From: Chromatiales bacterium
GTDB taxonomy: Bacteria > Pseudomonadota > Gammaproteobacteria > JACCXJ01
Assembly (NCBI GenBank): GCA_043673925.1
Contig: JBIMKC010000001.1
Coordinates: 3,106-57,442, forward strand
Length of the DNA stretch: 54,337 nucleotides
Direction of reading: 5' to 3'
The notes under the pieces were generated by a model. That model saw only the letters and a list, made by a program, of their open reading frames with translations, had not been told where the DNA came from and searched no databases. This document shows, piece after piece, positions 37,672-46,935 of this stretch (its first letter is position 1; every line of letters begins with the position of its first letter). The translations under genes and the position numbers were made by a program.

Positions 37672-38744
37672 GGGTGAGCCTGGATCAGATACGCGACGGC
37701 AACGGCCGGTGCGCATAGGGCCGCCCCCTCCGCGTAGGCGCCGGCCTCGGGCAGCAAGTCGGAGAAATCGATGTATGGATGGCCTAATTGCCGCGCGAGA
37801 TCACGGGCGATAAAGCGGCCGACCCCGGCGCCGATCAAGGGTAGGGCCTGCGCGGTGGGCCGTCTGGAAAACATGCGCTCCAGGGCCTGCCGGATCCGAT
37901 GCCGCTGCACCCCGGCAATATAACGTGCCAGCCCACGCCATTTATCCGGTTCACCTGCAGCGGCATCGCGCCCTAGCATCCGCGCTAGGCGCCGCGCACA
38001 CGCCTCAATGTCGCTACCCGCGCCGTCGGCGGTCTCACGCGGTGCTAGAAACCCCAGTGCGGGTTCATGCAGCTCTCCGGTAAGCGTGTAGACATCGGCC
38101 ATGGTCGCGAAACGCTCCGCGGTGACGGACTGCCATTCGCCCCGGAACGGCGCCCGCGACACCACGGCAAAAACCGGAGTTCGTATGACCCCGGTGTACA
38201 CAAGCTCCTCGCTGCCGAGCCTTTCAGCATCTGTGTAACCGCGAAAACAAACGTTGCCCCGGCTGAATTCGACGATATCGGTGGTCGTGCTGCCGATATC
38301 CACCAAAATCCCGCAATCACAATACCTTGCCGCGAGGTGCGCGCTTGCATGCCAATTGGCCGATGCGATCTCGTAACAATAGCGCGCAGAGTCCGCCGCG
38401 GCGACGAAACCGGCCTTCCCCGCGTACACGCTCAACGGGACATCGCCGAGGACCGCCATCGACCGTTCCAACAAGCGCCGCACACCCTCGCAGCGATCAG
38501 GGAAGATGTCTGCGAGCTCGCCGGTCATGGTCACCGCATGTGCGTCCCCGTGGATCTCGTTGACCACCGTCGCCAGAGCCTGATCGAAAACATCCAAGCC
38601 CTGCCATAGGGGGCATGGAATTTGTTTGACCCCGAGGAGGCGTCCATCGCGTCCCACCTTAGCCACCTTGAGGTGGGCTCCGCCAAGGTCCCACCCCAGG
38701 TACGCGTTTGCTTCCATCGGGTACTGCACCTGATTTTGCGCCAC
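37656..38744 (-). CDS. hydantoinase/ASKHA-fold protein of the H4MPT-linked C1 pathway (orf19-like; possibly MfnF-like)
   Basis: LGWDLGGAHLKVA and VDIGSTTTDIV are ASKHA phosphate motifs. Its position in the island matches the orf19 family described for methylotroph gene islands. Confidence 0.65.
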   Translation of the reverse strand: MAQNQVQYPMEANAYLGWDLGGAHLKVAKVGRDGRLLGVKQIPCPLWQGLDVFDQALATVVNEIHGDAHAVTMTGELADIFPDRCEGVRRLLERSMAVLGDVPLSVYAGKAGFVAAADSARYCYEIASANWHASAHLAARYCDCGILVDIGSTTTDIVEFSRGNVCFRGYTDAERLGSEELVYTGVIRTPVFAVVSRAPFRGEWQSVTAERFATMADVYTLTGELHEPALGFLAPRETADGAGSDIEACARRLARMLGRDAAAGEPDKWRGLARYIAGVQRHRIRQALERMFSRRPTAQALPLIGAGVGRFIARDLARQLGHPYIDFSDLLPEAGAYAEGAALCAPAVAVAYLIQAHPWVRA

Positions 38745-38759
38745 GAGACGAATACGCGC

Positions 38760-39698
38760 TTACCGCACCGGGATCCGCATACAGGCATCCACTACCGGTG
38801 CGGCTGGATTAAACCGCAGAGACTGCCGCAAACCTACGTACGCCTCTGTGAGGCGCGGATTGATCTCTATCACGATGGGACCCAACTCCGTGATCACGAG
38901 GTCGATCCCTATATAGCCCCGCAGCCCCGGCACCGCCTCCAGAATTCGGCTTACCAATTCCTCGAACTCATGCCGGCGATGCCCGAGCGCATTCACCGCC
39001 ACGCCGGAATATACGAGCCGGTGGTTGGTTATCTGTATTCGCTGCGCATTGCATGCGAGTAAGCTGTGCGATCCATCATAGCACAGCACGCTCAGACTGG
39101 CCGGGATCCCGGGTATATACGGCTGAACAATAGAGCCATTGGTCCACTTTCCGGAACTGATGACATCCTCCGCGCGCCGGAAATAATAGGTTTCTTCACA
39201 CCCAGCGCCATCGTCCGGTTTGATTACCCAACCGCTATCGCTTGCGGGTAATTCCGTGTTCAGGTACGTGGTGTCCGCCACCGGGATATGATGCCTTTTA
39301 AGCTCGCGCGCCGTGCGAAACTTGCTCGCCGTAACCTGGACCGCTTGGGGATGGCAACCGATCAAGATCCGGTTTTTATCGAGCACGCAGCGGTTCAAAC
39401 GCTCTAAAACACCCCCGGTCTCGGGTGCGATCGGCCATACGGCATCGGCAGCCTCGATACATCGCTCCCAGCGCTCCCAAACCGATCCCGTAGGCAAAAT
39501 GACCCGCGTCTCGATGTCAGGATCCAAAGATGCGAGACGTGCGTCACGTGTGGTCGCCGTCTTGACCGTGGGGATCGCGCGGAGATCGTGGAGGAGTGCC
39601 CGTAACATTGCATCACCCGCCGCGGCGAGCGCGACCGGGAGCGCCTCGCCCGCGAGCCCGCCGCCGGTAATATACTCGCACACGAAGATGCGCGGCAT
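38760..39698 (-). CDS. ATP-grasp enzyme (COG1821-like; possibly MfnD-type tyramine-glutamate ligase)
   Basis: An N-terminal MPRIFVCEYITGGG and a C-terminal ATP-grasp core (GYIGIDLVITELGPIVIEINPR). The functional assignment is inference. Confidence 0.55.
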   Translation of the reverse strand: MPRIFVCEYITGGGLAGEALPVALAAAGDAMLRALLHDLRAIPTVKTATTRDARLASLDPDIETRVILPTGSVWERWERCIEAADAVWPIAPETGGVLERLNRCVLDKNRILIGCHPQAVQVTASKFRTARELKRHHIPVADTTYLNTELPASDSGWVIKPDDGAGCEETYYFRRAEDVISSGKWTNGSIVQPYIPGIPASLSVLCYDGSHSLLACNAQRIQITNHRLVYSGVAVNALGHRRHEFEELVSRILEAVPGLRGYIGIDLVITELGPIVIEINPRLTEAYVGLRQSLRFNPAAPVVDACMRIPVR

Positions 39699-39777
39699 CT
39701 CGGAAAAAACATGCCCCGGTATTGGCTACCGGGGCATGTCACAATCAACGCCGTGTCGGGAAGACCACGGCTGCCCG

Positions 39778-40287
39778 TTAGACGTGGTCGGCGTAGGGGT
39801 GTGCCGATTTCTTCTTGGCGACGACGTCCATGGCCTTCGGCAAACGCTTGATCGCGCGTTCGATCGACTCCTTGGTCGCCTGGTAGTTGAAATCTTGGAT
39901 TTTCTTGTTGTCCTCGGCTTCCCAGTGAATGAACACGCCCACGCAGATGAAGATATCCTCCGCTTCGCTGGGGGGAATAATGCCGTTTTCGACCGAATCA
40001 ACGACCGCCATGGCGACCGCACGTTGCGCGGGACCGAACATCTGTACGGCTTGCTTGGCACCCTTGATGGTAACCTTGTTAAAGAGAATGGTGTTGGGTT
40101 TACACGGCAAGTTTGGCGCTACGATCGCCATCAAGGTGCTGCACCCGTCCTTCTGGTTGGTCAAGGCATTGCAGAACGCGGCCTCGACGGCGCTGCCCCG
40201 CGGTCCCATGATGAGATCGACGTGCGCGATCTCGTTGCCATCCCCAACTAAGGATTCCCCGACTAATACTCTGTCAACGACTGCCAT
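39778..40287 (-). CDS. fae: formaldehyde-activating enzyme
   Basis: ORF trimmed to the ATG at 40287. It is collinear with M. extorquens Fae as I recall it ([53 protein letters not shown]). Confidence 0.95.
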   Translation of the reverse strand: MAVVDRVLVGESLVGDGNEIAHVDLIMGPRGSAVEAAFCNALTNQKDGCSTLMAIVAPNLPCKPNTILFNKVTIKGAKQAVQMFGPAQRAVAMAVVDSVENGIIPPSEAEDIFICVGVFIHWEAEDNKKIQDFNYQATKESIERAIKRLPKAMDVVAKKKSAHPYADHV

Positions 40288-40392
40288 AGTTTTAGCTCCT
40301 ATTACTTCTCCAGTTGAAGTTTGTCCGACAAGTGTTCTGAAGATAGACATCGCTTGCCACCTTAATATTATTACGGAAAAGGATCTCCCCCA

Positions 40393-41301
40393 TTACCGAG
40401 CTACTGCAGCCGCAACAGCCTGATCGCGATTGAGCCCCGCCAGGAGGTATTCTAAATGGAACGCTAGCAGGCTCGCCACCGTCAGATCCGCGCTGGTCCC
40501 GGGATTGAGCCCCTCCCGTTTTAAATTATTATCGAATTCCTGCAACAAAGGCATTGCATTGATTAAATTTTCGCACGCCTTGAACTGGGATTCCACTTCT
40601 TTTGCATTTCGGCGCACTCCTTCGGCCCGTGCCGGTCCGTATTTCCGCTCAATATGGCTGTCCCGGAACGCGGCCAGAAAGTGTAAGTAACAGGCCACGG
40701 TCGCCCACCGGAGCGCCATCGCATCGTTGCACCCCGGCTTGATGTAGCGTTCGATACAGGGCACGCCGATGCCAAAAATATCAATAAAATCGTTGGCGTA
40801 TTGGAAGGCGATCCTATCCCAGGTCTGAGCTTCGGCCATCGCTCTGCACAAGCTAACGGTGGGATCGCTGTGCACATCGTAACGCTCACGCCGGCCAAGC
40901 CCCGAGGGCGCGGCCAGCGCGATCGCGGCAAAGACCCGACTTGTGTCATCGTGTGTCAGCGAGCGAAGTACTGCTTTGAGCCGCGGCCGCAGCCGCCCTT
41001 CCGGCGATCCCATGAGGACAGAATGCACCAGCGGCGCGCATAGCAGCACGATGCCGAGATTGGTGTTACATCCGACGGCCCGCTGCGTTGCTTCAATGCT
41101 ACGCAGGATGCGTTCGCCGACGCTCAGATCCGGCGCGCAGAGCAGCGGCGCCGCCGCTTCGGCGCTGCGAATAAAATCGGCGGCGCTCATTCCGTGACCG
41201 GGCGCCTGCACGCTGACGTTGCCGGGCTTCAACGCCTCGAGATCCAGCCGGCAGCTCCAGAGCAGAACCTCGGCGACCGCGGGCGCTGCGATCCGGATCA
41301 T
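40393..41301 (-). CDS. triphosphoribosyl-dephospho-CoA synthase (CitG)-like protein of the C1 island (orf9-like)
   Basis: ORF trimmed to the ATG at 41301, which forms an ATGA overlap with the upstream gene. It has EALKPGNV...NTNLGIVLL motifs of the CitG/MdcB family. Confidence 0.7.
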   Translation of the reverse strand: MIRIAAPAVAEVLLWSCRLDLEALKPGNVSVQAPGHGMSAADFIRSAEAAAPLLCAPDLSVGERILRSIEATQRAVGCNTNLGIVLLCAPLVHSVLMGSPEGRLRPRLKAVLRSLTHDDTSRVFAAIALAAPSGLGRRERYDVHSDPTVSLCRAMAEAQTWDRIAFQYANDFIDIFGIGVPCIERYIKPGCNDAMALRWATVACYLHFLAAFRDSHIERKYGPARAEGVRRNAKEVESQFKACENLINAMPLLQEFDNNLKREGLNPGTSADLTVASLLAFHLEYLLAGLNRDQAVAAAVAR

Positions 41302-42212
41302 GATGAATCTACACCATGGCGGGTCCGGACCGCGTCCATGCACGACAGAAAATGGTCCACGAGCCGCTCGGCAATATCGAAGCTCGTGACGCCCTGCAGG
41401 CCCTGCCAGGCCGGAACGCTGTTGACCTCGGTGACCAAGAAACGCCCGTCCTGGTCCTGCATCAAATCGACGCCGGCGTAATCGATGACCATCGCCCGCG
41501 CGGCTTCCTCGGCCAGCATGGCCAGCGGCGCATCGAGAGGGACGGCAAAGCAACGGCCCCCGCGCGCCCGATTGGTGATCCAGTGCGCGCTGCGGCGCTG
41601 CATCACCGCCACGGCGTGGCCATCAATCACCAACACCCGCCAATCGCGCCATGCGCTGTCGCGGCTGTCGATATATCTCTGGAGGTAATAAACCTGGCCG
41701 AAGGCTTCCGGATCCGGTAAGGCCTCGGGGCGATCGACCAAGGTGACGCCGGCTCCTTGGGAGCCGAACAAGGGTTTCATCACCAGCGGCGTCTTTCTCG
41801 CCAGCTCGCGTTCGACCAGCTCGCGCGCTTCCGACTCGGCTTCGAGCACCCAGGTGTCCGGCGTCGGGATCCCGGCTTGTTTGAGCAAAAAACTGGTCAT
41901 CGCTTTGTCGACCGTACGCTCAATGGCGCGCCCATCGTTGTAAACCACGACCCCGAGCGTCCGCAGGGCATGGAGGAGATCGAGCCGCAGGATGACCTGT
42001 TCCAAGGTGCCCCCGGGGACACCGCGTATGAACACCCCCGCGGGCGGCTCACGTTCGAATCCCGGGATGACGACCGGGTTCGGACGTTTGAGATCGAACC
42101 GGCATGCCGTCAAGGACACGGTGCGGCACTCGAAACCCCGCGCTGCGAGGGCGCGTTTCAATACCGCCCCGTGCCAACCGGGATCATCCGTGACGATAGC
42201 CACGCAAGGCAT
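41298..42212 (-). CDS. RimK-type ATP-grasp alpha-L-glutamate ligase (MptN-like)
   Basis: ORF trimmed to the ATG at 42212. It has PLVMKPLFGSQGAGV and DYAGVDLM.D.DGR.LV.EVN motifs. Confidence 0.7.
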   Translation of the reverse strand: MPCVAIVTDDPGWHGAVLKRALAARGFECRTVSLTACRFDLKRPNPVVIPGFEREPPAGVFIRGVPGGTLEQVILRLDLLHALRTLGVVVYNDGRAIERTVDKAMTSFLLKQAGIPTPDTWVLEAESEARELVERELARKTPLVMKPLFGSQGAGVTLVDRPEALPDPEAFGQVYYLQRYIDSRDSAWRDWRVLVIDGHAVAVMQRRSAHWITNRARGGRCFAVPLDAPLAMLAEEAARAMVIDYAGVDLMQDQDGRFLVTEVNSVPAWQGLQGVTSFDIAERLVDHFLSCMDAVRTRHGVDSS

Positions 42213-42217
42213 AGAAA

Positions 42218-43198
42218 TTAAGAGAAGGACCGATCGAGCAAGGCTTCGTTGAATTTGCCGCCGTGGTAGGCCTTTCCGGTCCGGACCGAGCATATCGTGA
42301 TCCGCGCCGGGCTGAACAGCCCCGGATCGATCGCGTAGAAATTATACTTGTAATTCTTAAATATCTCGGCAAAAGGTTTCCCGTAGTCACGCGAAGAACT
42401 GCTCGGCAGCTTGCGAGCCAGATCCTCCGCATCGCTATCACCGCAGTCAACATAGAGCTTGACGTAGCCCCCATACATGATCGCATCGTTGGTTCGGCCC
42501 ATCGCGACAATAAAGTCGTTGGACGGTGGACAGATCGGCGCCGTCGCCATGCCATCGACGATCGCGGACAGCGGGAAGCCAAGCGTGTGCACCCGATGCA
42601 ACGACACCTCGAGGGAGCGCGCCACGACTTGCACCGCCCCGCATAGGCTCGTGGTCGGCGTGAGGATAAAGGTCAGGTCCTGGGGCTTGATGGCGCAGGA
42701 GTTCGCGACTTTCTCGGCGATTTCGACCGGAGGCCGATCCTTGACCTCCAAGACCAAACAGGCCTTGTCGAAAGCGTCTCGATACCCGAGTTCTTGAAAC
42801 AGAGGCTCGTGGCTGCCGATGGCCCGGGCCGGACCCGATCCCAACGCATTAAAGGCGCTCTTGCCCTCCCCGTATTCGAGGCTCCACCCCGCGTATTGGC
42901 TCGCCAAGCAGGCCAGCACCGGGTTCGAGGTATACACATCAAGCTGCCACGGCGAATGGGAAAAGTCCCCCCCGGCGCGGATACTGACCCGCCCGAGGCC
43001 CCCCAGACAGATCTCGGCGATGCGCCGCCCGGCCTCGATCCCGCCCAAAACCGCGATTCCGGCGTCCACAACGACAGTCCCGTTCGTTAAGGTATCCACC
43101 GCCAATCTCAGCGCCGCGGCATTGGCGATCAGAGCTTGCACCAAAGGCTGCGCTAAAGCATTCACACTGGGTTGGTTGTTCATCTTTATTAATTTCAT
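42218..43198 (-). CDS. mch: methenyltetrahydromethanopterin cyclohydrolase
   Basis: Full-length similarity to Mch (SVNALAQPLV..., GG.EAGRRIAEICLGGLG.V, ASQYAGW, GSGPARA). Confidence 0.95.
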   Translation of the reverse strand: MKLIKMNNQPSVNALAQPLVQALIANAAALRLAVDTLTNGTVVVDAGIAVLGGIEAGRRIAEICLGGLGRVSIRAGGDFSHSPWQLDVYTSNPVLACLASQYAGWSLEYGEGKSAFNALGSGPARAIGSHEPLFQELGYRDAFDKACLVLEVKDRPPVEIAEKVANSCAIKPQDLTFILTPTTSLCGAVQVVARSLEVSLHRVHTLGFPLSAIVDGMATAPICPPSNDFIVAMGRTNDAIMYGGYVKLYVDCGDSDAEDLARKLPSSSSRDYGKPFAEIFKNYKYNFYAIDPGLFSPARITICSVRTGKAYHGGKFNEALLDRSFS

Positions 43199-43213
43199 GC
43201 CACCGCCCCGTTT

Positions 43214-44329
43214 CTAGCCCGCTGTAAGCACCGCCAGCAACTTTTGACAACGGGTATCCAGGAGGCGAGTCACAGCGCCCGGCTCACACCCCGCTGCGTG
43301 CACCGTGCAGATCGGCTCCCCGGCGCGCACCCGCGTACCCGGAGCCGGCCGATCACGGCTCCAGCGGGGCCATGGCTGTGGGATCCGCAGCGCATGCGGC
43401 GCGTAGAGAACCCGCACCGCGGCGATTTCTTGTGCGCTGGTCCGGACCGGCAGTCGTCCGCGGCAGGCATCGACATGAACAGTGAATAATCCGCCATCCC
43501 TCTCGTGCAATTCAAAGCTCGCGGTCGGACGCGGGTTGATCTCGAGGAGAGTCCAGCGCCCGTCATCATCGACAATGAAATCCGCGCCGCAAAGACCGCG
43601 CAACCCAAACGCTGCGCTAAGCTCCGGGATGACCTCCGCCAGATCCGTACGCACACGTGCCGGTAAACTTCGATCCGCGATCGCGCCACGATACGTGAAC
43701 CTGCCAGGCTCCTGCCAGATCGCGTTATAGCCGACGATCGCCGCTCTGCGCCCGTTCGCCGCGAAGACCACCGAATGGACCCGCCCGGCGACGGCGCGCT
43801 GTAAAAAATACCCCGACGGACATTGGCCGTCCGCTCCCAGAGGCAGGACGTGCATGCCGCCCGAGCCGCCGATGCGCTTCCGTAACCACCCGCGCGAGTC
43901 GCCAGCGGGGCTCGAACGTGTTTCCGGATACGGGACCCCCAACCGCGACAGGGCGCCGAAAAAACTTGCCGGTTCTTTAACAGAACGCACAATCTCCGCC
44001 GCGTTACCGAGTAACTCCGCGCCCGCCGGCAGAGCGTCCAACAGCGTTGGGTCATGTTCGAAACCGCTGCCGGCGACCACGCCTGCGATCCGATCGCGTG
44101 CGCCCACCCTTTCGATCGCGCCGCATAAGGACTCTCGATCGAAACCTTGCGGCCCCGGACGAACGCGCGCTGCGCTCCGCGCGCACGCATGCGTATCGCG
44201 GTCGGCGAAAAGATCGACCACATGCACCGCGGCACGGCTCCGCTGCGCGGACTGGGCGAGGGCCCGGCCCGATTGGCCGATGATGAGATAAGCGGACTCA
44301 GCCAGCGGCGATCTCCCGGGCCACTTCAA
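43214..44329 (-). CDS. ATP-grasp carboligase-like protein (COG2232 / orfY-like)
   Basis: It sits between mtdB and mch as orfY does in methylotroph islands. It has an ATP-grasp C-terminal core (LRGLCGADFIVDDDGRWTLLEINPRP). The start overlaps the mtdB stop by 32 nt and is uncertain. Confidence 0.6.
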   Translation of the reverse strand: MKWPGRSPLAESAYLIIGQSGRALAQSAQRSRAAVHVVDLFADRDTHACARSAARVRPGPQGFDRESLCGAIERVGARDRIAGVVAGSGFEHDPTLLDALPAGAELLGNAAEIVRSVKEPASFFGALSRLGVPYPETRSSPAGDSRGWLRKRIGGSGGMHVLPLGADGQCPSGYFLQRAVAGRVHSVVFAANGRRAAIVGYNAIWQEPGRFTYRGAIADRSLPARVRTDLAEVIPELSAAFGLRGLCGADFIVDDDGRWTLLEINPRPTASFELHERDGGLFTVHVDACRGRLPVRTSAQEIAAVRVLYAPHALRIPQPWPRWSRDRPAPGTRVRAGEPICTVHAAGCEPGAVTRLLDTRCQKLLAVLTAG

Positions 44330-45206
44330 ATGCCTTGATGTGATCGAGATACACGGGTTTAGCCGCCTGAATCATGAGTTGAAACAGGCGATAATGAACC
44401 TGGTATTTGACATTGCCGATCGCCAAGGCGCCGATGCCGAGGGCCTTGGCCGGAGTCGATTCAAGCGCCCTGCCCTTGTCATTGACGCCGACGCCCTCAA
44501 TTCCGGCCGGGGGCACCGCGTTCACGTCGGCCGCCACCAGAAGTTCAGCCGCGGCCCCGAGTGGATCGCGCGACAGCACTTGAAATCCCGCCTTGGCGGC
44601 GCCGACGACCACATGGGCCCGCGGAAGGAACGCGCGTATGGCCGCGTCATTGCTGCTGTCGGCGCCCTGAAGTTTGACACCGTAACGTTCGTTGTAGGGC
44701 GCCGCGGCCTTCATGGCGGCCTCGGCGCCCCGCTGGCTCGCGAGAAACATATTCGCGCCACTGTTCGATCCCAATATTCCCGCGCACACACCGACGGGTC
44801 CCGTCCCGCCGAAGATATAGACATTGGCGCCGGACAATCCCTGCGCGCGGCCGTTCTTTCTAAGCGCCGTTTCCACACAGGCCATGAGCGCCGCGGCCGT
44901 GGTGATCGCCCCGCTCGGATCGGCGAATACGGAAACCTCGAAAGGCGGCACCATGGCCTTTTTCGCCGCCTCCAACATATCGATCGCGAGCCCGAAGTCG
45001 CGGCCCCCGATAAAGATACCGGTCCGCTTCACGCCGGTGGGGCTACGGGAAAAGATGGTGTCTTGGGTCAACGCGTGGATATCGTCCAGGGTAACGTTGG
45101 TATAGGGGATCACGCCGTTGAACTCTGCCTCATAGGCCATATTGACGTCGAACGGGCTCACGTTCTTCGTCGGGTTGAACATGTGTAGTAAATAGGGGTC
45201 TTTCAT
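44298..45206 (-). CDS. mtdB: NAD(P)-dependent methylene-tetrahydromethanopterin dehydrogenase
   Basis: LLHMFNPTKNVSPFDVNMA..., GIFIGGRD, FADPSGAITTAAA and GGTGPVG motifs, typical of the MtdB/MtdA family. Confidence 0.9.
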   Translation of the reverse strand: MKDPYLLHMFNPTKNVSPFDVNMAYEAEFNGVIPYTNVTLDDIHALTQDTIFSRSPTGVKRTGIFIGGRDFGLAIDMLEAAKKAMVPPFEVSVFADPSGAITTAAALMACVETALRKNGRAQGLSGANVYIFGGTGPVGVCAGILGSNSGANMFLASQRGAEAAMKAAAPYNERYGVKLQGADSSNDAAIRAFLPRAHVVVGAAKAGFQVLSRDPLGAAAELLVAADVNAVPPAGIEGVGVNDKGRALESTPAKALGIGALAIGNVKYQVHYRLFQLMIQAAKPVYLDHIKAFEVAREIAAG

Positions 45207-45281
45207 TTTACCGTCCGTTTATTTCTCAATAAATTCCGCTGCGGGCGTGCGGTCGCGGCCAGCGCCACTTCGCTCTTGAAA

Positions 45282-46295
45282 TTACGCGGCCTTTCTACGC
45301 ACGCCGATCTCGGCGCCGCTATTGCGCCCGCCGCAGACCGAGAAGCTTAAGGGCGCGCCCCATTGCCGGGTGGCCCGTTGCCATAGGCCGTGCGCGCGCG
45401 AAGCGCTGTCGACGAGCGCGAATCCTGTCGGGCCCCAGGAACTTTGTCCCACCCCTCGCAGGCCCTCGTCTTGCAACCAGCGCAGCACCTCCCCGACTCG
45501 CGGACTGCTATAACGGCCCCCCTGGTAGGGGGCGAAATAGTCACCGACCGCCTCCTGAATCGCGGTAATCCCGGCGCCGAAGGCGTCGAAGTCATGTTCG
45601 GCCAAGGCCGGTAGAACTTGCATCAACAGCACCCGGCAAAGATGCGCCGATACCTGCGTGGCCATCGGCGGCATCTGTTTAAACGCCGCGGCCTCCTCGC
45701 TGCCGTTCAACCCGGTCCGGGCTTGATCGGAAATGAGCAGGATCCGCCATGGCGGCGGAAACGCGACCTGACACAGCACCGGCGGCACCACTGTCGCGCG
45801 TCCGCGACCGCCATCGACAAGAAATCCACCGCTCTCGAACGCCGCGAGACCAATCCCCGAGCGAGCTCCCCGCTCGGTGAGTTTCGCAAGCTGACACAAA
45901 TCGCTATCAAGATCGAACAGGCGTACGAACGCGGCGCAGATCGCCAACGCCGATTGGGTTCCCGAACCGAGCCCCACGTGTTCCGGGATCGCCTCCTCGA
46001 TCGCAATCGACACCCCGCCCTTCAAGCCCAGTGTCCGCAGCAGCATCCGCGCGCACTGCTCCGCGCGCCCGCTCGATGGACCCTTAGCATGGATGCCCGG
46101 CGAGCGCGTGACGCTCAGGCGCGTCTGGATCCCGCTCAAGGTCAACCCGAGCCCGCCGAACCGCCGTCCGAGATCGCCGCTCATGTCAATAAAGCCCAGG
46201 TGTAAGCGCGCCGGCGCGGTGACGGTGACGGTCAGGCCATCGTGCTGAGCGCCGAGCGCTTGCTCCGGTAGCGGCGTTGCGGAAGGGTCAGGCAT
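45282..46295 (-). CDS. mptG: beta-ribofuranosylaminobenzene 5'-phosphate synthase
   Basis: A GHMP-kinase-like fold with V.APARLHLGFIDMSG..GRRFGGLG..L and GLGSGTQ motifs. Confidence 0.85.
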   Translation of the reverse strand: MPDPSATPLPEQALGAQHDGLTVTVTAPARLHLGFIDMSGDLGRRFGGLGLTLSGIQTRLSVTRSPGIHAKGPSSGRAEQCARMLLRTLGLKGGVSIAIEEAIPEHVGLGSGTQSALAICAAFVRLFDLDSDLCQLAKLTERGARSGIGLAAFESGGFLVDGGRGRATVVPPVLCQVAFPPPWRILLISDQARTGLNGSEEAAAFKQMPPMATQVSAHLCRVLLMQVLPALAEHDFDAFGAGITAIQEAVGDYFAPYQGGRYSSPRVGEVLRWLQDEGLRGVGQSSWGPTGFALVDSASRAHGLWQRATRQWGAPLSFSVCGGRNSGAEIGVRRKAA

Positions 46296-46384
46296 AGCGC
46301 GGGAAATTCATTCGATCGGTTAATGATATAACACCCATGACTCCCATACCTAACACCGACTCGCCTGATCGGCGCGGCGAAACG

Positions 46385-46413
46385 TTGACGGTTTACCAGG
46401 GAAATGTTAGAAA
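46385..46413 (+). promoter_or_regulatory. candidate sigma-70 promoter for the fwdD-fhc operon
   Basis: TTGACG (46385-46390), a 17-nt spacer, then TAGAAA (46408-46413), about 80 nt upstream of the first ORF. This rests on a pattern match only. Confidence 0.25.
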
Positions 46414-46492
46414 TGTGGTCATGAAACGTAGTCCTTGCGAAGGCCCTCCCAGCGCCGGAGAGACGACCCTCTCGAGGCGTAATAATTAACTA

Positions 46493-46855
46493 TTGACTAT
46501 GGCCGAAAAGATGATCCTCATCCCGGGGCGGACTAGCAAGCAGGGCACGTCATTAAACGCGGGGAAGCTCAAGAAAGAGTACCGGGAAGTGACCTCCACA
46601 GTGGAAATGAACACCGATGACATGACGCGACTCGGCATCAAGGAGGGCGATGCGGTGCGCTTAGCCACGGTCATCGGCGAGACCGTCGTACGCTGCAAGG
46701 GACGCAAACCCACCGACCTGCCCGCAGGCATGTTGTTTATTCCCTATGGCCCGCCGAGCTCTCAGCTTATGGACGGCGATACCGCGGCGAGCGGTATGCC
46801 CTTGTCCAAGAATTTCGAGGTCACCGTGGAGCGCGTCGAAGGCCGCGTCCCTTGA
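46493..46855 (+). CDS. fwdD: formylmethanofuran dehydrogenase subunit D-like protein (molybdopterin-dinucleotide-binding beta-barrel)
   Basis: The L.PGRT..QG......K..Y....S.VEMN..DM..LGIKEGD.V........VV.C........G..FIPYGP pattern matches archaeal FwdD/FmdD. The start could be TTG 46493, ATG 46499 or ATG 46511. Confidence 0.8.
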   Translation: MTMAEKMILIPGRTSKQGTSLNAGKLKKEYREVTSTVEMNTDDMTRLGIKEGDAVRLATVIGETVVRCKGRKPTDLPAGMLFIPYGPPSSQLMDGDTAASGMPLSKNFEVTVERVEGRVP

Positions 46856-46935
46856 TCCGATCCGGCCTTTTTATTCCGCCGTATTCCGGCGCCGGCTTAA
46901 ACCATCACACAACGTAGGGTTTCCGAGGTGACGAT

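Noticed and set aside
46296-46492. A possible molybdenum-cofactor riboswitch in the 197-nt leader upstream of the fwdD-like gene.
   Set aside because: I cannot reproduce the Moco motif consensus from memory well enough to match it by eye. Only vague GC-rich pairings (ccctctcgagg, gccggagag) are visible. It needs a covariance-model scan, so it is kept only as a suggested check.
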